In this document: piece after piece, positions 33,647 to 42,633 of the stretch
How the letters are laid out: each line of letters begins with the position of its first letter
Numbering within the stretch: position 1 is the stretch's first letter
The notes under the pieces: generated by a model
Databases searched by the model: none
The model's input: only the letters and a program-made list of their open reading frames with translations
What the model was told of the DNA's origin: nothing
Translations under genes and position numbers: made by a program
From: Longimicrobiales bacterium
GTDB lineage: Bacteria > Gemmatimonadota > Gemmatimonadetes > Longimicrobiales > RSA9
Assembly (NCBI GenBank): GCA_035512635.1
Contig: DATKDR010000096.1
Location: forward strand, 9,452 to 73,451
Direction: 5' to 3'
Length of the DNA stretch: 64,000 nt

Positions 33647-34444
33647 CTACCGCGGCCCGTCGAAGACCCGACGCAGCAGCTGCAGGTCGTCCCAGCATTT
33701 CCGCACCTGGTCCGGGCTGCGCAGCAGGTAGGCCGGATGATACGTCGCGACGACGGGCACGCCTTCGTAGGCGTGTACGCGGCCGCGCAGACGCGCCATG
33801 GGCGCGTCCGTGCCGGTGAGCGACTGCGCGGCGAAGCGGCCGACGGCGAGCAGCACGCGCGGCTGGATCAGCTCGATCTGGCGCTTGAGCCACGGCGTGC
33901 ACTGCGCGACTTCCTCGGGCAAGGGATCGCGGTTTCCGGGCGGGCGACACTTGAGCACGTTGCAGATGTAGACGCGCTCGCGCGGGAAGCCGACCGACTC
34001 GAGCAGCAGGTCGAGCATTCTGCCCGCTTTGCCGACGAACGGTACGCCCGTCCGGTCCTCGTCCGCGCCCGGCGCCTCGCCCACCACCACGACTTCCGCC
34101 TGCGCTGTGCCCGTACCGAACACGACCTGCGTGCGCGTACGCGAGAGGCCGCAGCGCACGCACGCGGATGCATCGTCGCCGAGGACCTTCAGCGCACGTG
34201 CGTGGTCGAGGGCGGGTGCGCGCTCGCGGACCTCTGGAGCGGGTGCGGGAGCGGGTGCGGGAGCGGGTGCGGACAGCTCGCGGCTGATAGCTGAAAGCGG
34301 GTCGCCTCCCGTCGTCGGCCGCCGGGCGGCGGAAAGGAGCCGGACGGCCTCCAGCCGATCGAGCCCATCGAGAAAGACCTGGCGCTCGCCGAGCTCTGCG
34401 CGCTGGCGCAGGTAGGCGGCGAGGAGGGCGCGGTCGAGGCTCAT
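33647..34444 (-). CDS. Family 4 uracil-DNA glycosylase with an N-terminal extension
   Basis: The start is re-called to ATG 34444, overlapping the coaBC stop as ATGA. It has the motifs [37 protein letters not shown] and HPAYLLR, plus an (AP)6 linker. Confidence 0.8.
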   Translation of the reverse strand: MSLDRALLAAYLRQRAELGERQVFLDGLDRLEAVRLLSAARRPTTGGDPLSAISRELSAPAPAPAPAPAPEVRERAPALDHARALKVLGDDASACVRCGLSRTRTQVVFGTGTAQAEVVVVGEAPGADEDRTGVPFVGKAGRMLDLLLESVGFPRERVYICNVLKCRPPGNRDPLPEEVAQCTPWLKRQIELIQPRVLLAVGRFAAQSLTGTDAPMARLRGRVHAYEGVPVVATYHPAYLLRSPDQVRKCWDDLQLLRRVFDGPR

Positions 34445-35679
34445 CGTCCGCGGTCGCGCTCCCCGGCGACCAGTCGGGCGACGCGGTCGAGCAGGGTGGC
34501 GGCGACGTCGTCCTTGCTGAGCAGCGGCAGCTCCTCGATCGAGTCGTCGCGGCCGATCAGCGTGACGCGATTCGTGTCGACCTCGAAGCCCGAACCGGCG
34601 CTCGCGTCGGGCTGGTTGAGCACGATGAGGTCGAGCTTCTTCTCGTCGAGCTTGCGACGCGCGTTCGCACGCGCGTCGTCGGTCTCGAGCGCGAAGCCGA
34701 CCACCACCATTCCCGGTGCTCGATCGCCGATCGTCGAGGTCAGGATGTCGGGCGCGGCTTCGAGCTCGATGGGACGCGGTCCTTCGGACTTCTTGATCTT
34801 CTTCGACCCGGGAGACGACGGTCGGAAGTCGGCGACCGCGGCGCTCATCACCAGCGCGTCGGCGCCGCGAATCGCCTCGCGCACCGCCGTGCGCATCTCC
34901 TCCGCCGTCTCGACGCGGATCAACTCGGGACCGGCCGGCGGCTCGACGTCGCTCGGTCCGCTGATCAGCGTGACGAGTGCGCCGCGACGCCAGGATTCCG
35001 CGGCGATCGCGTAGCCCATGCGGCCCGACGAGCGATTGGACAGCACACGCACGGCGTCGACCGGCTCGCGTGTCGGTCCGGCGGTGACGACGACGCGCCG
35101 GCCGTCGAGCGCGCCGCCGCGAGCGAGCGCGCGGCCGACGTGCTGGAGGATGACCGCGGGCTCCACCATGCGGCCGACGCCCGACCGCTCGCCGTAGCCC
35201 AGCGCGCCCTCGTCCGGGCCGACGATCCCGTGCCCGAACTCGTCGCGCAGCACGGAGACGTTGCGCACGGTCGCGGGGTGCGTCCACATGCGCGGATTCA
35301 TCGCCGGGCATATGAGCACGGGCGCGCGCGTGGCGAGCAGCACGGAAGCGACGAGGTCGTCGGCCATGCCGGCGGCGTGACGGGCGATGAGGTCGGCGGT
35401 CGCGGGCGCCACGCACACGACGTCCGCTTCGCGCGCGATGTCGATGTGGACTGCGGCGCCGCCTACGCGAAAAGGATCGTGGTGCGCGGGCCGGCCGGTC
35501 AGCGCCTCGTACGTGAGCGGCGTGACGAACTCCTGCGCGGAACGGCTGAGCACGACTTCGACGCGCGCGCCGAGCTGCGTCAGGTCACGCGCGAGCTGCG
35601 CCGTCTTGTACGCCGCGACGCCACCGCCGACGCAAAGCACGACGCGACGGCCCTTCCAGGGAGTGCGCGGGGTGAGCAT
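34441..35679 (-). CDS. coaBC: Bifunctional phosphopantothenoylcysteine decarboxylase / phosphopantothenate-cysteine ligase
   Basis: 412 aa. It has a flavoprotein N-domain (VLCVGGGVAAYK, PAMNPRMW) and a CoaB C-domain (VTAGPTREPVD.VR.LSNRSSGRMG). Confidence 0.9.
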   Translation of the reverse strand: MLTPRTPWKGRRVVLCVGGGVAAYKTAQLARDLTQLGARVEVVLSRSAQEFVTPLTYEALTGRPAHHDPFRVGGAAVHIDIAREADVVCVAPATADLIARHAAGMADDLVASVLLATRAPVLICPAMNPRMWTHPATVRNVSVLRDEFGHGIVGPDEGALGYGERSGVGRMVEPAVILQHVGRALARGGALDGRRVVVTAGPTREPVDAVRVLSNRSSGRMGYAIAAESWRRGALVTLISGPSDVEPPAGPELIRVETAEEMRTAVREAIRGADALVMSAAVADFRPSSPGSKKIKKSEGPRPIELEAAPDILTSTIGDRAPGMVVVGFALETDDARANARRKLDEKKLDLIVLNQPDASAGSGFEVDTNRVTLIGRDDSIEELPLLSKDDVAATLLDRVARLVAGERDRGR

Positions 35680-35683
35680 GGTG

Positions 35684-35848
35684 TTTAGGCGCTAGGCCCT
35701 AGGCTCTAGGCACTAGGTAACTGCGATTGTTTTTCAGATCGAATCGAAGCGCCCGAGCCTAAAGCCTAGAGCCCATAGCCTAGAGCCTAGAGCCCAGAGC
35801 CCAGAGCCCAGAGCCCAGAGCCTAGAGCCTAGAGCCTAGAGCCTAGAG
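35684..35848. repeat. Inverted heptad arrays: 5 units of the CTAGGC family, 40-nt loop, 13 units of the CCTAGAG family
   Basis: Counted unit by unit. The left arm (35684-35717) is tttaggc gctaggc cctaggc tctaggc actagg. The right arm (35758-35848) is cctaaag cctagag cccatag cctagag x2 cccagag x4 cctagag x4. The rpoZ TAG stop (35843-35845) lies in the last unit. Confidence 0.95.
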
Positions 35849-36067
35849 CCCCAAAGACCGACGGCGGCGCTGCACGACGCGGAACTCGAGCGCGCCGTCG
35901 GCCAGGGCCTCGAGCGAGCGGGTGGTCAGCTTCTTCGCCTCGGCGGAGGTCGGGACGGCGTCCTTCGGCAGGGCGTTCAGCTCACGCGCGTAGCGGGCGG
36001 CGACGAGCACGCCCAGGTACTTGCTGGTGGCGCGATCGGCCAGCTCCATCGGGGTGACGACCTTCAT
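35843..36067 (-). CDS. rpoZ: DNA-directed RNA polymerase subunit omega
   Basis: 74 aa. It has SKYLGVLVAARYAREL, which is like the omega N-terminal helix, and sits in the canonical gmk-rpoZ-coaBC synteny. Its ATG overlaps the gmk stop as ATGA. Confidence 0.7.
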   Translation of the reverse strand: MKVVTPMELADRATSKYLGVLVAARYARELNALPKDAVPTSAEAKKLTTRSLEALADGALEFRVVQRRRRSLGL

Positions 36068-36720
36068 GGGTGCATCTCCTGTGCGAGAATATCGCGAATA
36101 CGGTCCTTGATTACCCTGACCCGCTCGGTCAGGTCCGACACGCGCGGCACGGCGTGGCGCTCGGCGTGGAATATAGCCTCGAGGGACTGGAGCGCGCGCT
36201 CGAAGTCGTCGTTCACGACCACGTAATCAAACTCCGCCACCGCGTCCAGCTCGTTCAGGGCGCCGCTCAGCCGCCTGCGCAGATCCTCCTCGCCCTCGGT
36301 GTTGCGGCCCGCGAGCCGGCGGCGCAGCTCGTCCGCGTTGGGCGGGAGGATGAAGACCAGCACGGCTTCGTCGAAGGCGGCGCGCACGTGGCGAGCGCCC
36401 TGGATATCGATGTCGAGGACGACGGTGTGTCCGTTCGCGAGACCGTCCCGGACCGCCGACCAGGGCGTGCCGTAGCGATGGCCGTGTACCGTCGCCCACT
36501 CGACCAGCTCGCCTTCCCCGATCATGCGATCGAAGTCCGCCTCGCTCACGAAATGGTAGTCGACGCCGTCCCGCTCGCCTGCGCGCGGCCTGCGCGTGGT
36601 GGCCGAGACGGAGAAGACGGCGTTGCGCTCGGCGCCGACCAGCGCATGTGCGAGCGAGGTCTTGCCCGTGCCGCTGGGCGCCGCGATCACCAGGGGGAAC
36701 GGCTGCCCGAGCGGCATCAC
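36064..36720 (-). CDS. gmk: Guanylate kinase
   Basis: It has the P-loop APSGTGKTS and the motifs TTRRPRAGERDGVDYHF and EWATVHGHRYGT. Confidence 0.9.
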   Translation of the reverse strand: MMPLGQPFPLVIAAPSGTGKTSLAHALVGAERNAVFSVSATTRRPRAGERDGVDYHFVSEADFDRMIGEGELVEWATVHGHRYGTPWSAVRDGLANGHTVVLDIDIQGARHVRAAFDEAVLVFILPPNADELRRRLAGRNTEGEEDLRRRLSGALNELDAVAEFDYVVVNDDFERALQSLEAIFHAERHAVPRVSDLTERVRVIKDRIRDILAQEMHP

Positions 36721-37604
36721 TCGACGTTGTCGGCCTGCTCGCGCAGGCGCTCGATTTCGTTCTTGATGCCGACGACCTCGTGCTCGATGGCGGCGTCGTT
36801 CGCCTTGGAGCCGACGGTGTTCGTCTCGCGCAGCATTTCCTGGACGACGAACGACAGCCGCTTGCCGACGGGCTCCGCGCTGTCGGCATCGAGCAGCGAG
36901 CGGAACAGGTCGATGTGCGCACGCAGCCGGACCAGCTCCTCGCTGATGTCCCAGCGCTCCGCGAGCATCGCGACTTCGCGCGCGATGCGCTCGTCGTCGA
37001 TGCCGACGCCCTCGGACAGCTCGCGCACCGCGTTGCGCAGGCGATCGCGCTCGGCGAGCAGGCGCGCGGGCGCCTTCGCGCGCACGCGCTCCATGGCGAC
37101 TTCGATCGCGTTCAGCCGCTCCTCGAGGTCGTCGTGCAGGCGACGGCCCTCGACCTCGCGCATGCGGACGACGGCGCGTGCGGCCTCGATCGTGACCTCG
37201 CGGATCGCGTCCTCGGGCACGTCGACCCGATCGACGTCCTCGCGCTCGATCAGGTCGTTGTAGCGCGCGAGCAGGGCGACGTCGATTTCGCCGGGCAGAT
37301 CCAGCGTCGTCTTCAGCTCGCTCAGGATGCGATGGTACTGCCGCGCGCGCGCCTCGTTGAGCTGGAAGCGCGGCTCGTCCGTGCCGCCCTCCGCAGTCTC
37401 GAGCCGCAGCGAGCAGTTGATGTGGCCGCGCTGGAGCTCCTGCCGCAGCCAGTCGCGGATCGATGGCTCGTAGCGCTCGAATGCCGGCGGCAGCCTGAGA
37501 TTGGAGCTGAAGAAACGATGGTTGACGGTGCGGACCTCCGAGCGCAGGCGGCCGGCCTCCGTCTCGCGCTCCGCCTCGCCGAACCCGGTCATGCTACGGA
37601 TCAT
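36717..37604 (-). CDS. yicC: YicC-family stress-induced protein
   Basis: It has MIRSMTGFG at the N-terminus and a conserved C-terminus (ETNTVGSKAND...EIERLREQADNVE). Its stop overlaps the gmk ATG as ATGA. Confidence 0.85.
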   Translation of the reverse strand: MIRSMTGFGEAERETEAGRLRSEVRTVNHRFFSSNLRLPPAFERYEPSIRDWLRQELQRGHINCSLRLETAEGGTDEPRFQLNEARARQYHRILSELKTTLDLPGEIDVALLARYNDLIEREDVDRVDVPEDAIREVTIEAARAVVRMREVEGRRLHDDLEERLNAIEVAMERVRAKAPARLLAERDRLRNAVRELSEGVGIDDERIAREVAMLAERWDISEELVRLRAHIDLFRSLLDADSAEPVGKRLSFVVQEMLRETNTVGSKANDAAIEHEVVGIKNEIERLREQADNVE

Positions 37605-37650
37605 TTCGCCTCCCGAGGGCGGCCGAAGCTACCGGCGCCGACCGGCGCGG

Positions 37651-39552
37651 TCAATTCCACATCTCCCATTTCACGCCGAAATACGCGGTCTGGCCGGGCA
37701 TGGTTCGCCCGGGGAGATCGTTCAGATCCTGCCAGTTCAGGATGTTCTGCCAGCTCACATAGGCGTGGACGTCGAGCACGCGGATGGAGAGGTCGAAGTT
37801 GAGGCGGTTGATCGGCTCGATCGTCTGCACGGATCCCGGCTCCGCGCCCGGCGCCCGCATCTCGCCGCGGTACTCGCCTTCCAGGCGCAGCTCGATCTCG
37901 AGCTGATCGCTGTCCAGCGGCAGGTCGTGGTAGACGACGGCGGCGCGGGCCTGCTCGACCGGCTGAAAGAGCGCATGGACGCCGTCGTCCCCCGCGCTCA
38001 GACGCGTATAGCTGCCTTCCAGGCCGACGGGATCGAAGCCGAGCGGCACGCGAAACATCGCCTCGACGCCTCCCACCTCGAAGCCCGGATAGAGCGACAG
38101 CACGCGCGAGCCGGAGCCGGAGGGTCCGATGCCGGGCAGCGCGGCCGGCGCGACGCTGTCGCCTTCCGCACGGAACGCGGCCACCCCGAGACGCCAGCCG
38201 CCCAGCACCCAGTCGACGCCCGCCCGCTGGAGCGCGCGCTCTACTCCCGGCGTGCCCTCGGGCCGGACCAGCCAGGCGAGGCCGTGCGCGCCGTCGGTGA
38301 CCTCGGCGAACAGCCGCGCCCCGAGCCAGGGGCCGAGCCGCCCCGATGCGACCCACGAGGAGAACGAGGCGCCCTCCCAGTCCTCGTACCGCAGCTCGCC
38401 GGCGACGCCGGCCCAGGAAACCGGCCGCACGTCGGCCGCGATCTCCCCCGCCATGTCGAGGCGGGTGTCCCCGTTCCGGAAGCGCAGCGCCGCCCGCGTG
38501 CCGATCGGGCCGCGATCGTAGGCGGTGCGCAGGCCGAAGTGGGTGATCGCGAGCTCGGTGGAGGGCGAGTCCAGGAAGACGTCGTCGACTTCGGAATGGC
38601 CGCCGTACAGCTCGGCGGTCAGGAACTCGAACGGACGCGCCCGTGCGCGCACCACGATGTCCTCGCGCATGGCCTCGCCGGGAAACGCGGAGCCTTCCTC
38701 CCGCTCGACGCTCGCTCGACGATACTCCGCGTGTACGCCCCAGCTCGGACGCAGCAGGCCCCAGCGGATCCATGCGGAAGACGAGCGGCCGGGCTCGCGC
38801 CGAAGCACGCCATCCGAATCCAGGCGCGAGATCGCGACGGCGAACGGGCCGAACAGGAAGCGAGGCGCCATGAATGCGCCGGCCAGGCCGTCGGTATCCA
38901 GATCGCCGGTCGCGATCTCCACGCGCGTGTACGCCGAGCCGGAATCGCCGGGCGTGCCGAAGCCGCCGCGCGGAAACGGATGCTCGAGCGAGAACAGCTC
39001 GATGCGCAGACGGCCGCCGCGCCGCTCCACGCGCACGCGCTCCAGGTCCGTGAGTCCGATGCGGCTCAGGTCGATCGTGGTGCTCGTCAGCGGATCGAGC
39101 GGAAAGCCGTCCAGAAGGACCTCGATGTCGCCGGACAGCGCCACCGGCGAGACCACCAGCTCCGGCTGCGTGTAGTAGCCCGCCCGCACGCGCGTGAGCG
39201 ACGGCACCCGCTCCAGCAGGTCGCCCAGGCTCAGGGCGGTGCTGCGCAGCAGGGCCGCGCGCTGCCACACCCAAACGCCCTCGGCGAAGCCCGGCTCCAC
39301 CGGCGGCGGCAGCGGGAGCGGTACGAGCCGCGGCGGCGGCTCCGCCGCCAGGCTGTCCTCCACGTCGCGCTCGACCGTGACCGTGTCGTCCGGCTCGATG
39401 ATCGAATCGACCAGCATGAAGCTGTCCGCGGGAGCGGGAGCGACCGTGTCGGGCGCTCCCAGCCGCACCGTGTCGGTCTCCTGCGCGCCAAGCGTCGCCG
39501 GCGCGAGCACCAGACCCAGCGCGAGCGCGAGGCCGAGCCCCGCGCCGCGCAT
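37651..39552 (-). CDS. TonB-dependent-receptor-like outer-membrane beta-barrel protein
   Basis: The start is re-called to ATG 39552, giving a signal peptide (MRGAGLGLALALGLVLAPATLGAQE). It has a plug-like segment (LGDLLERVPSLTRVRAGYY...VLLDGFPL), alternating beta-strand-like sequence, and an aromatic C-terminus (YFGVKWEMWN). No specific family was recognised. Confidence 0.55.
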   Translation of the reverse strand: MRGAGLGLALALGLVLAPATLGAQETDTVRLGAPDTVAPAPADSFMLVDSIIEPDDTVTVERDVEDSLAAEPPPRLVPLPLPPPVEPGFAEGVWVWQRAALLRSTALSLGDLLERVPSLTRVRAGYYTQPELVVSPVALSGDIEVLLDGFPLDPLTSTTIDLSRIGLTDLERVRVERRGGRLRIELFSLEHPFPRGGFGTPGDSGSAYTRVEIATGDLDTDGLAGAFMAPRFLFGPFAVAISRLDSDGVLRREPGRSSSAWIRWGLLRPSWGVHAEYRRASVEREEGSAFPGEAMREDIVVRARARPFEFLTAELYGGHSEVDDVFLDSPSTELAITHFGLRTAYDRGPIGTRAALRFRNGDTRLDMAGEIAADVRPVSWAGVAGELRYEDWEGASFSSWVASGRLGPWLGARLFAEVTDGAHGLAWLVRPEGTPGVERALQRAGVDWVLGGWRLGVAAFRAEGDSVAPAALPGIGPSGSGSRVLSLYPGFEVGGVEAMFRVPLGFDPVGLEGSYTRLSAGDDGVHALFQPVEQARAAVVYHDLPLDSDQLEIELRLEGEYRGEMRAPGAEPGSVQTIEPINRLNFDLSIRVLDVHAYVSWQNILNWQDLNDLPGRTMPGQTAYFGVKWEMWN

Positions 39553-39559
39553 CCACCTG

Positions 39560-39592
39560 AAAAAAAACGCCCCCGGCTCCGGCCGGGGGCGC
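39560..39592 (-). terminator. Rho-independent terminator after pepA
   Basis: The minus strand reads GCGCCCCCGGC-CGGA-GCCGGGGGCG followed by eight U (A-run at 39560-39567 on plus), starting 17 nt after the pepA stop. Confidence 0.7.
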
Positions 39593-39608
39593 TTCAGCCG
39601 CCTGTCGC

Positions 39609-41138
39609 TCACGCCTCGGCCCTGGAGCGCACCCATTCGACGAGCAGTCGTGTGGGCACGCCGGTCGCGCCCTTGGCGATCGGCGGCTTGTCCTCCTGGG
39701 TCCACGCGGTGCCCGCGATGTCCAGGTGCGCCCACGGCACCTCGCCCACGAACTCCTTGAGGAACCAGCCGGCAGTGATGGTGCCGGCCGCGCGGCCGCC
39801 CGAATTCTTGATGTCGGCGACCGGGCTGTCGATCAGCTTGCGGTACTCGTCCCAGAGCGGCAGTGGCCAGCACTTGTCGCCGGTGCGCAGTCCCGCCGCG
39901 CGCAACTCGTCGATCAGGTCGCCGTTGTTGCCCATGAGGCCGATGGCCGCGTTGCCGAGCGCGATGACGACCGAGCCCGTCAGCGTCGCGCAGTCGACGA
40001 TCGCCGCGGGATCGAAGCGCGCCGCGTAGGTGAGGGCGTCCGCCAGGATCAGCCGGCCCTCGGCGTCCGTGTTCACGATCTCGATCGTCTTGCCCGACAT
40101 GCTGCGGATCACGTCGCCGGGCTTCATCGCGCTGCCCGACGGCAGGTTCTCCGTGCACGGCAGGATGCCGATCACGTTCGCCTCCAGCTTCAGCTCGGCG
40201 ACCGCGCCGAGCGCCGACAGCACTGCCGCGGCACCCGACATGTCGTACTTCATCTCCTCCATGCGCTCGGACGGCTTGATCGAGATGCCGCCCGAATCGA
40301 AGGTCACGCCCTTCCCCACCAGCACGAGCGGACGCTCGCCCTCGTCGCCACCGCTGTAGCGCAGCACGATGAAGCACGGCGGCTCCTCGCTGCCCTGCGC
40401 CACCGCGAGCAGCGCGCCCATGCCTTCCTTCTCCATGTCGTCGCGCTCGAGGACCGTCAGCTCGAGCTCGTGGCGGTCGGCCAGCTGGCGCGCCTCGTCC
40501 GCCAGGTGCGACGGCGTCGCCAGGTTGCCGGGCCGTGTCGCCAGCGTGCGCGCGAGGTTCGCGGCGCGGCCGACCACCTCGCCCTCGAGCGCCGCCTGCC
40601 GCACTCCCTCGACCTTCCCTTCCGGCGCGATGAAGACCAGCTCCCTGATGCCCCGGTCCGCCGCCGAATCATCCCGCCGGTCCGTGCGCAGCTCGTCGAA
40701 CTTCCACGCGGCGAGCAGGGCGGCCTCGGCGGCGCTGCGCGCGGCCATGTGGCTGCCGAGATGCTCACTCATCTGGTGGATGTGGGCGAGGCTCAGCGCC
40801 ATCGAGTCGACGCCCAGCTTGACCGCTTCGCGCATCGCGACGCCGATCGAGCGACGCAGCGTCTCCAGCGTGTAGTCCTCGCGCTTGCCGGCCCCGACGA
40901 GCATCACGCGCTGCGGACCCGTCCGCTCGCCCCCCGCGTAGACGACGAGCGCCTCGTCCTTGCGCCCGTGGAAGTCGCCCTGGCTCACGATCCGACTGAT
41001 CGAGCCGCCCAGGACGCGATCGACGTCGCCCGCGGCCCCCTTCGGCTCGGCGTCGCGCTCGAACTGCTGGAGCACGAGCAGCGGCGAATCGAGCGATTCA
41101 GCGGACTGGTCGGTTACCGTGATGCGCAGGTCGGCCAT
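39609..41138 (-). CDS. pepA: Leucyl aminopeptidase (M17)
   Basis: It has the motifs VGKGVTFDSGG, NTDAEGRL and DIAGTAW. Confidence 0.9.
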   Translation of the reverse strand: MADLRITVTDQSAESLDSPLLVLQQFERDAEPKGAAGDVDRVLGGSISRIVSQGDFHGRKDEALVVYAGGERTGPQRVMLVGAGKREDYTLETLRRSIGVAMREAVKLGVDSMALSLAHIHQMSEHLGSHMAARSAAEAALLAAWKFDELRTDRRDDSAADRGIRELVFIAPEGKVEGVRQAALEGEVVGRAANLARTLATRPGNLATPSHLADEARQLADRHELELTVLERDDMEKEGMGALLAVAQGSEEPPCFIVLRYSGGDEGERPLVLVGKGVTFDSGGISIKPSERMEEMKYDMSGAAAVLSALGAVAELKLEANVIGILPCTENLPSGSAMKPGDVIRSMSGKTIEIVNTDAEGRLILADALTYAARFDPAAIVDCATLTGSVVIALGNAAIGLMGNNGDLIDELRAAGLRTGDKCWPLPLWDEYRKLIDSPVADIKNSGGRAAGTITAGWFLKEFVGEVPWAHLDIAGTAWTQEDKPPIAKGATGVPTRLLVEWVRSRAEA

Positions 41139-41155
41139 GGGGGTCTCTCTTCCGC

Positions 41156-42289
41156 TCAGCCGCGGTCGGCGATCGGGACAACCTTCTTTCCGAGTGGACC
41201 CTTGTACTCCGCCTTCGGACGGATCAGGCGGTTATCCGCGAGCTGCTCGATCACGTGGGCGGTCCAGCCGGCGGCGCGCGCCATCGCGAACACGTTCGTG
41301 AACAGGTCCGTCGGGATGCCGATCGTGTAATAGACGGAAGCGCTGAAGAAATCGACGTTCGGGTAGATCTTCTTGCCGCGCGCGTCCATCTCGCGGCGCA
41401 TGACCTCGACCACCTTCTCGGAGATGTCGAGCCACGGCGTCTCGTCCGCGCCGCTTCCCAGGCGACCCGACAGATCGCGCAGGATCGGCGCGCGCGGGTC
41501 CGTCGTACGGTACACCCGGTGACCGAAGCCCATGATCTTTTCCTTCCGCTCCAGCGCGGCCGTGATCCATTGCTCGGCCTGATCCGCGCTGCCGATCTTC
41601 TGCAGCATCTCCATCACGCGCTCGTTCGCGCCTCCGTGCAGCGGCCCCTTGAGCGCGCCGATCGCGGACGTCACCGCGGAGTGCATGTCGGCGAGCGTCG
41701 CCGCCGTGACGCGCGCCGCGAACGTGGACGCGTTCAGACCGTGCTCGGCGTGCAGTGTGAGCGCGGCGTCGACGATGCGCGCGCCCAGCCCGTCGGGCGC
41801 CTGGCCCGTCAGCATGTACAGGAAGTTGCCGCCCAGCCGCAGCGACGGGTCGGGCTCGATCGGCTCGAGCCCCTTGCGCACGCGGTCGATCGCGGCGGTG
41901 ATCGTCGGAATCCGCGCGGTGATGCGCACGGCCTTGCGCCGGTTGGCGGCGTCCGACATGTCCTCGGCTTCCGGATCGTAGAAGCCGAGCGCCGACGCGG
42001 CGGTGCGCAGCGTCGCCATCGGATGCGTGTCCGCGGGCGCGAGCCGCAGGATGTCGATGATGCGGTCGTCGATGGACGCCGCCGCGCTCAGCTCGGCGCT
42101 CAGCTGCTCGAGCTGCTCGGTGGTCGGCAGCTCGCCGTTCCAGAGCAGCCAGCAGACCTCCTCGAAGGACGCGTTGGCTGCGAGGTCCTCGATCTCGTAG
42201 CCGGCGTAGACGAGACGGCCCTCCTCGCCGAATACCTTGCTCAGCGTCGTCTCGGCTGCGACGACTCCCTCCAGACCTTTACTCGTCAT
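41156..42289 (-). CDS. gltA: Citrate synthase (short, ~377-aa type; citrate/2-methylcitrate synthase family)
   Basis: The start is re-called to ATG 42289 (MTSKGLEGVVAAET). It has the motifs LHAEHGLNAST, GPLHGGANE and GFGHRVYRTTDPR. Confidence 0.9.
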   Translation of the reverse strand: MTSKGLEGVVAAETTLSKVFGEEGRLVYAGYEIEDLAANASFEEVCWLLWNGELPTTEQLEQLSAELSAAASIDDRIIDILRLAPADTHPMATLRTAASALGFYDPEAEDMSDAANRRKAVRITARIPTITAAIDRVRKGLEPIEPDPSLRLGGNFLYMLTGQAPDGLGARIVDAALTLHAEHGLNASTFAARVTAATLADMHSAVTSAIGALKGPLHGGANERVMEMLQKIGSADQAEQWITAALERKEKIMGFGHRVYRTTDPRAPILRDLSGRLGSGADETPWLDISEKVVEVMRREMDARGKKIYPNVDFFSASVYYTIGIPTDLFTNVFAMARAAGWTAHVIEQLADNRLIRPKAEYKGPLGKKVVPIADRG

Positions 42290-42447
42290 CCGTTCTCCGC
42301 ACGAAATTCGATGGGCGCGCCTCCTCGCAGGGTTCGCGGCGGGCGGAAGCATAGGCCCGGCCGTCAGGCCCTGCAAGCGATGCTCGCCACGGGTTTTCGG
42401 GCGCCGGAGAGGGTGATGTTACGACGCCGCTCATGCGGTCCCGGAGC

Positions 42448-42633
42448 TCAGGCGGACCGCCGGATCGCCTCCCCCGACTCCGAATCGACCATGCGCTGGC
42501 TGATCGGCGTCAGGGTGTCCGGATCGAGCAGGCGGAAGTGGACCGTGCGGTCCGAGACCGCCGAGTACAGCTTCACCGGCACGCTGATCTCGCCCAGGTC
42601 GATCTGCGCCTTCCAGATCGCGCGCGCGGCCAT
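42448..42633 (-). pseudogene. Ku (NHEJ) N-terminal fragment, 61 codons
   Basis: From ATG 42633: MAARAIWKAQIDLGEISVPVKLYSAVSDRTVHFRLLDPDTLTPISQRMVDSESGEAIRRSA. As I recall it, the bacterial Ku N-terminus reads RAIW.G.I.FG.V.VPVK.YSA......F..........I....V....GE.V, and this matches it. Full-length Ku is about 250-300 aa. Only 158 nt remain before gltA, so the rest of the gene is absent. Confidence 0.5.

Noticed and set aside
34228-34270. Tandem GGGTGCGGGAGC repeats.
   Set aside because: They lie inside the UDG coding region and encode an (Ala-Pro)6 linker. The period is 6/12 nt, so this is a low-complexity protein linker and not part of the heptad system. The same applies to the 9-nt x3 repeat at 44140-44170, which encodes ATDATDATD in the M14 peptidase.
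35684-35848. The tandem repeat arrays as CRISPR arrays.
   Set aside because: The units are 7 nt (or 5 nt) and directly abutting. There are no 25-40-nt unique spacers, no 24-48-nt repeats and no cas genes in the window.
42290-42447. Continuation of Ku in another frame (a frameshifted full-length gene).
   Set aside because: Only 158 nt separate the fragment's stop from the gltA start. No frame there encodes Ku-like sequence, so the remainder is deleted rather than frameshifted.
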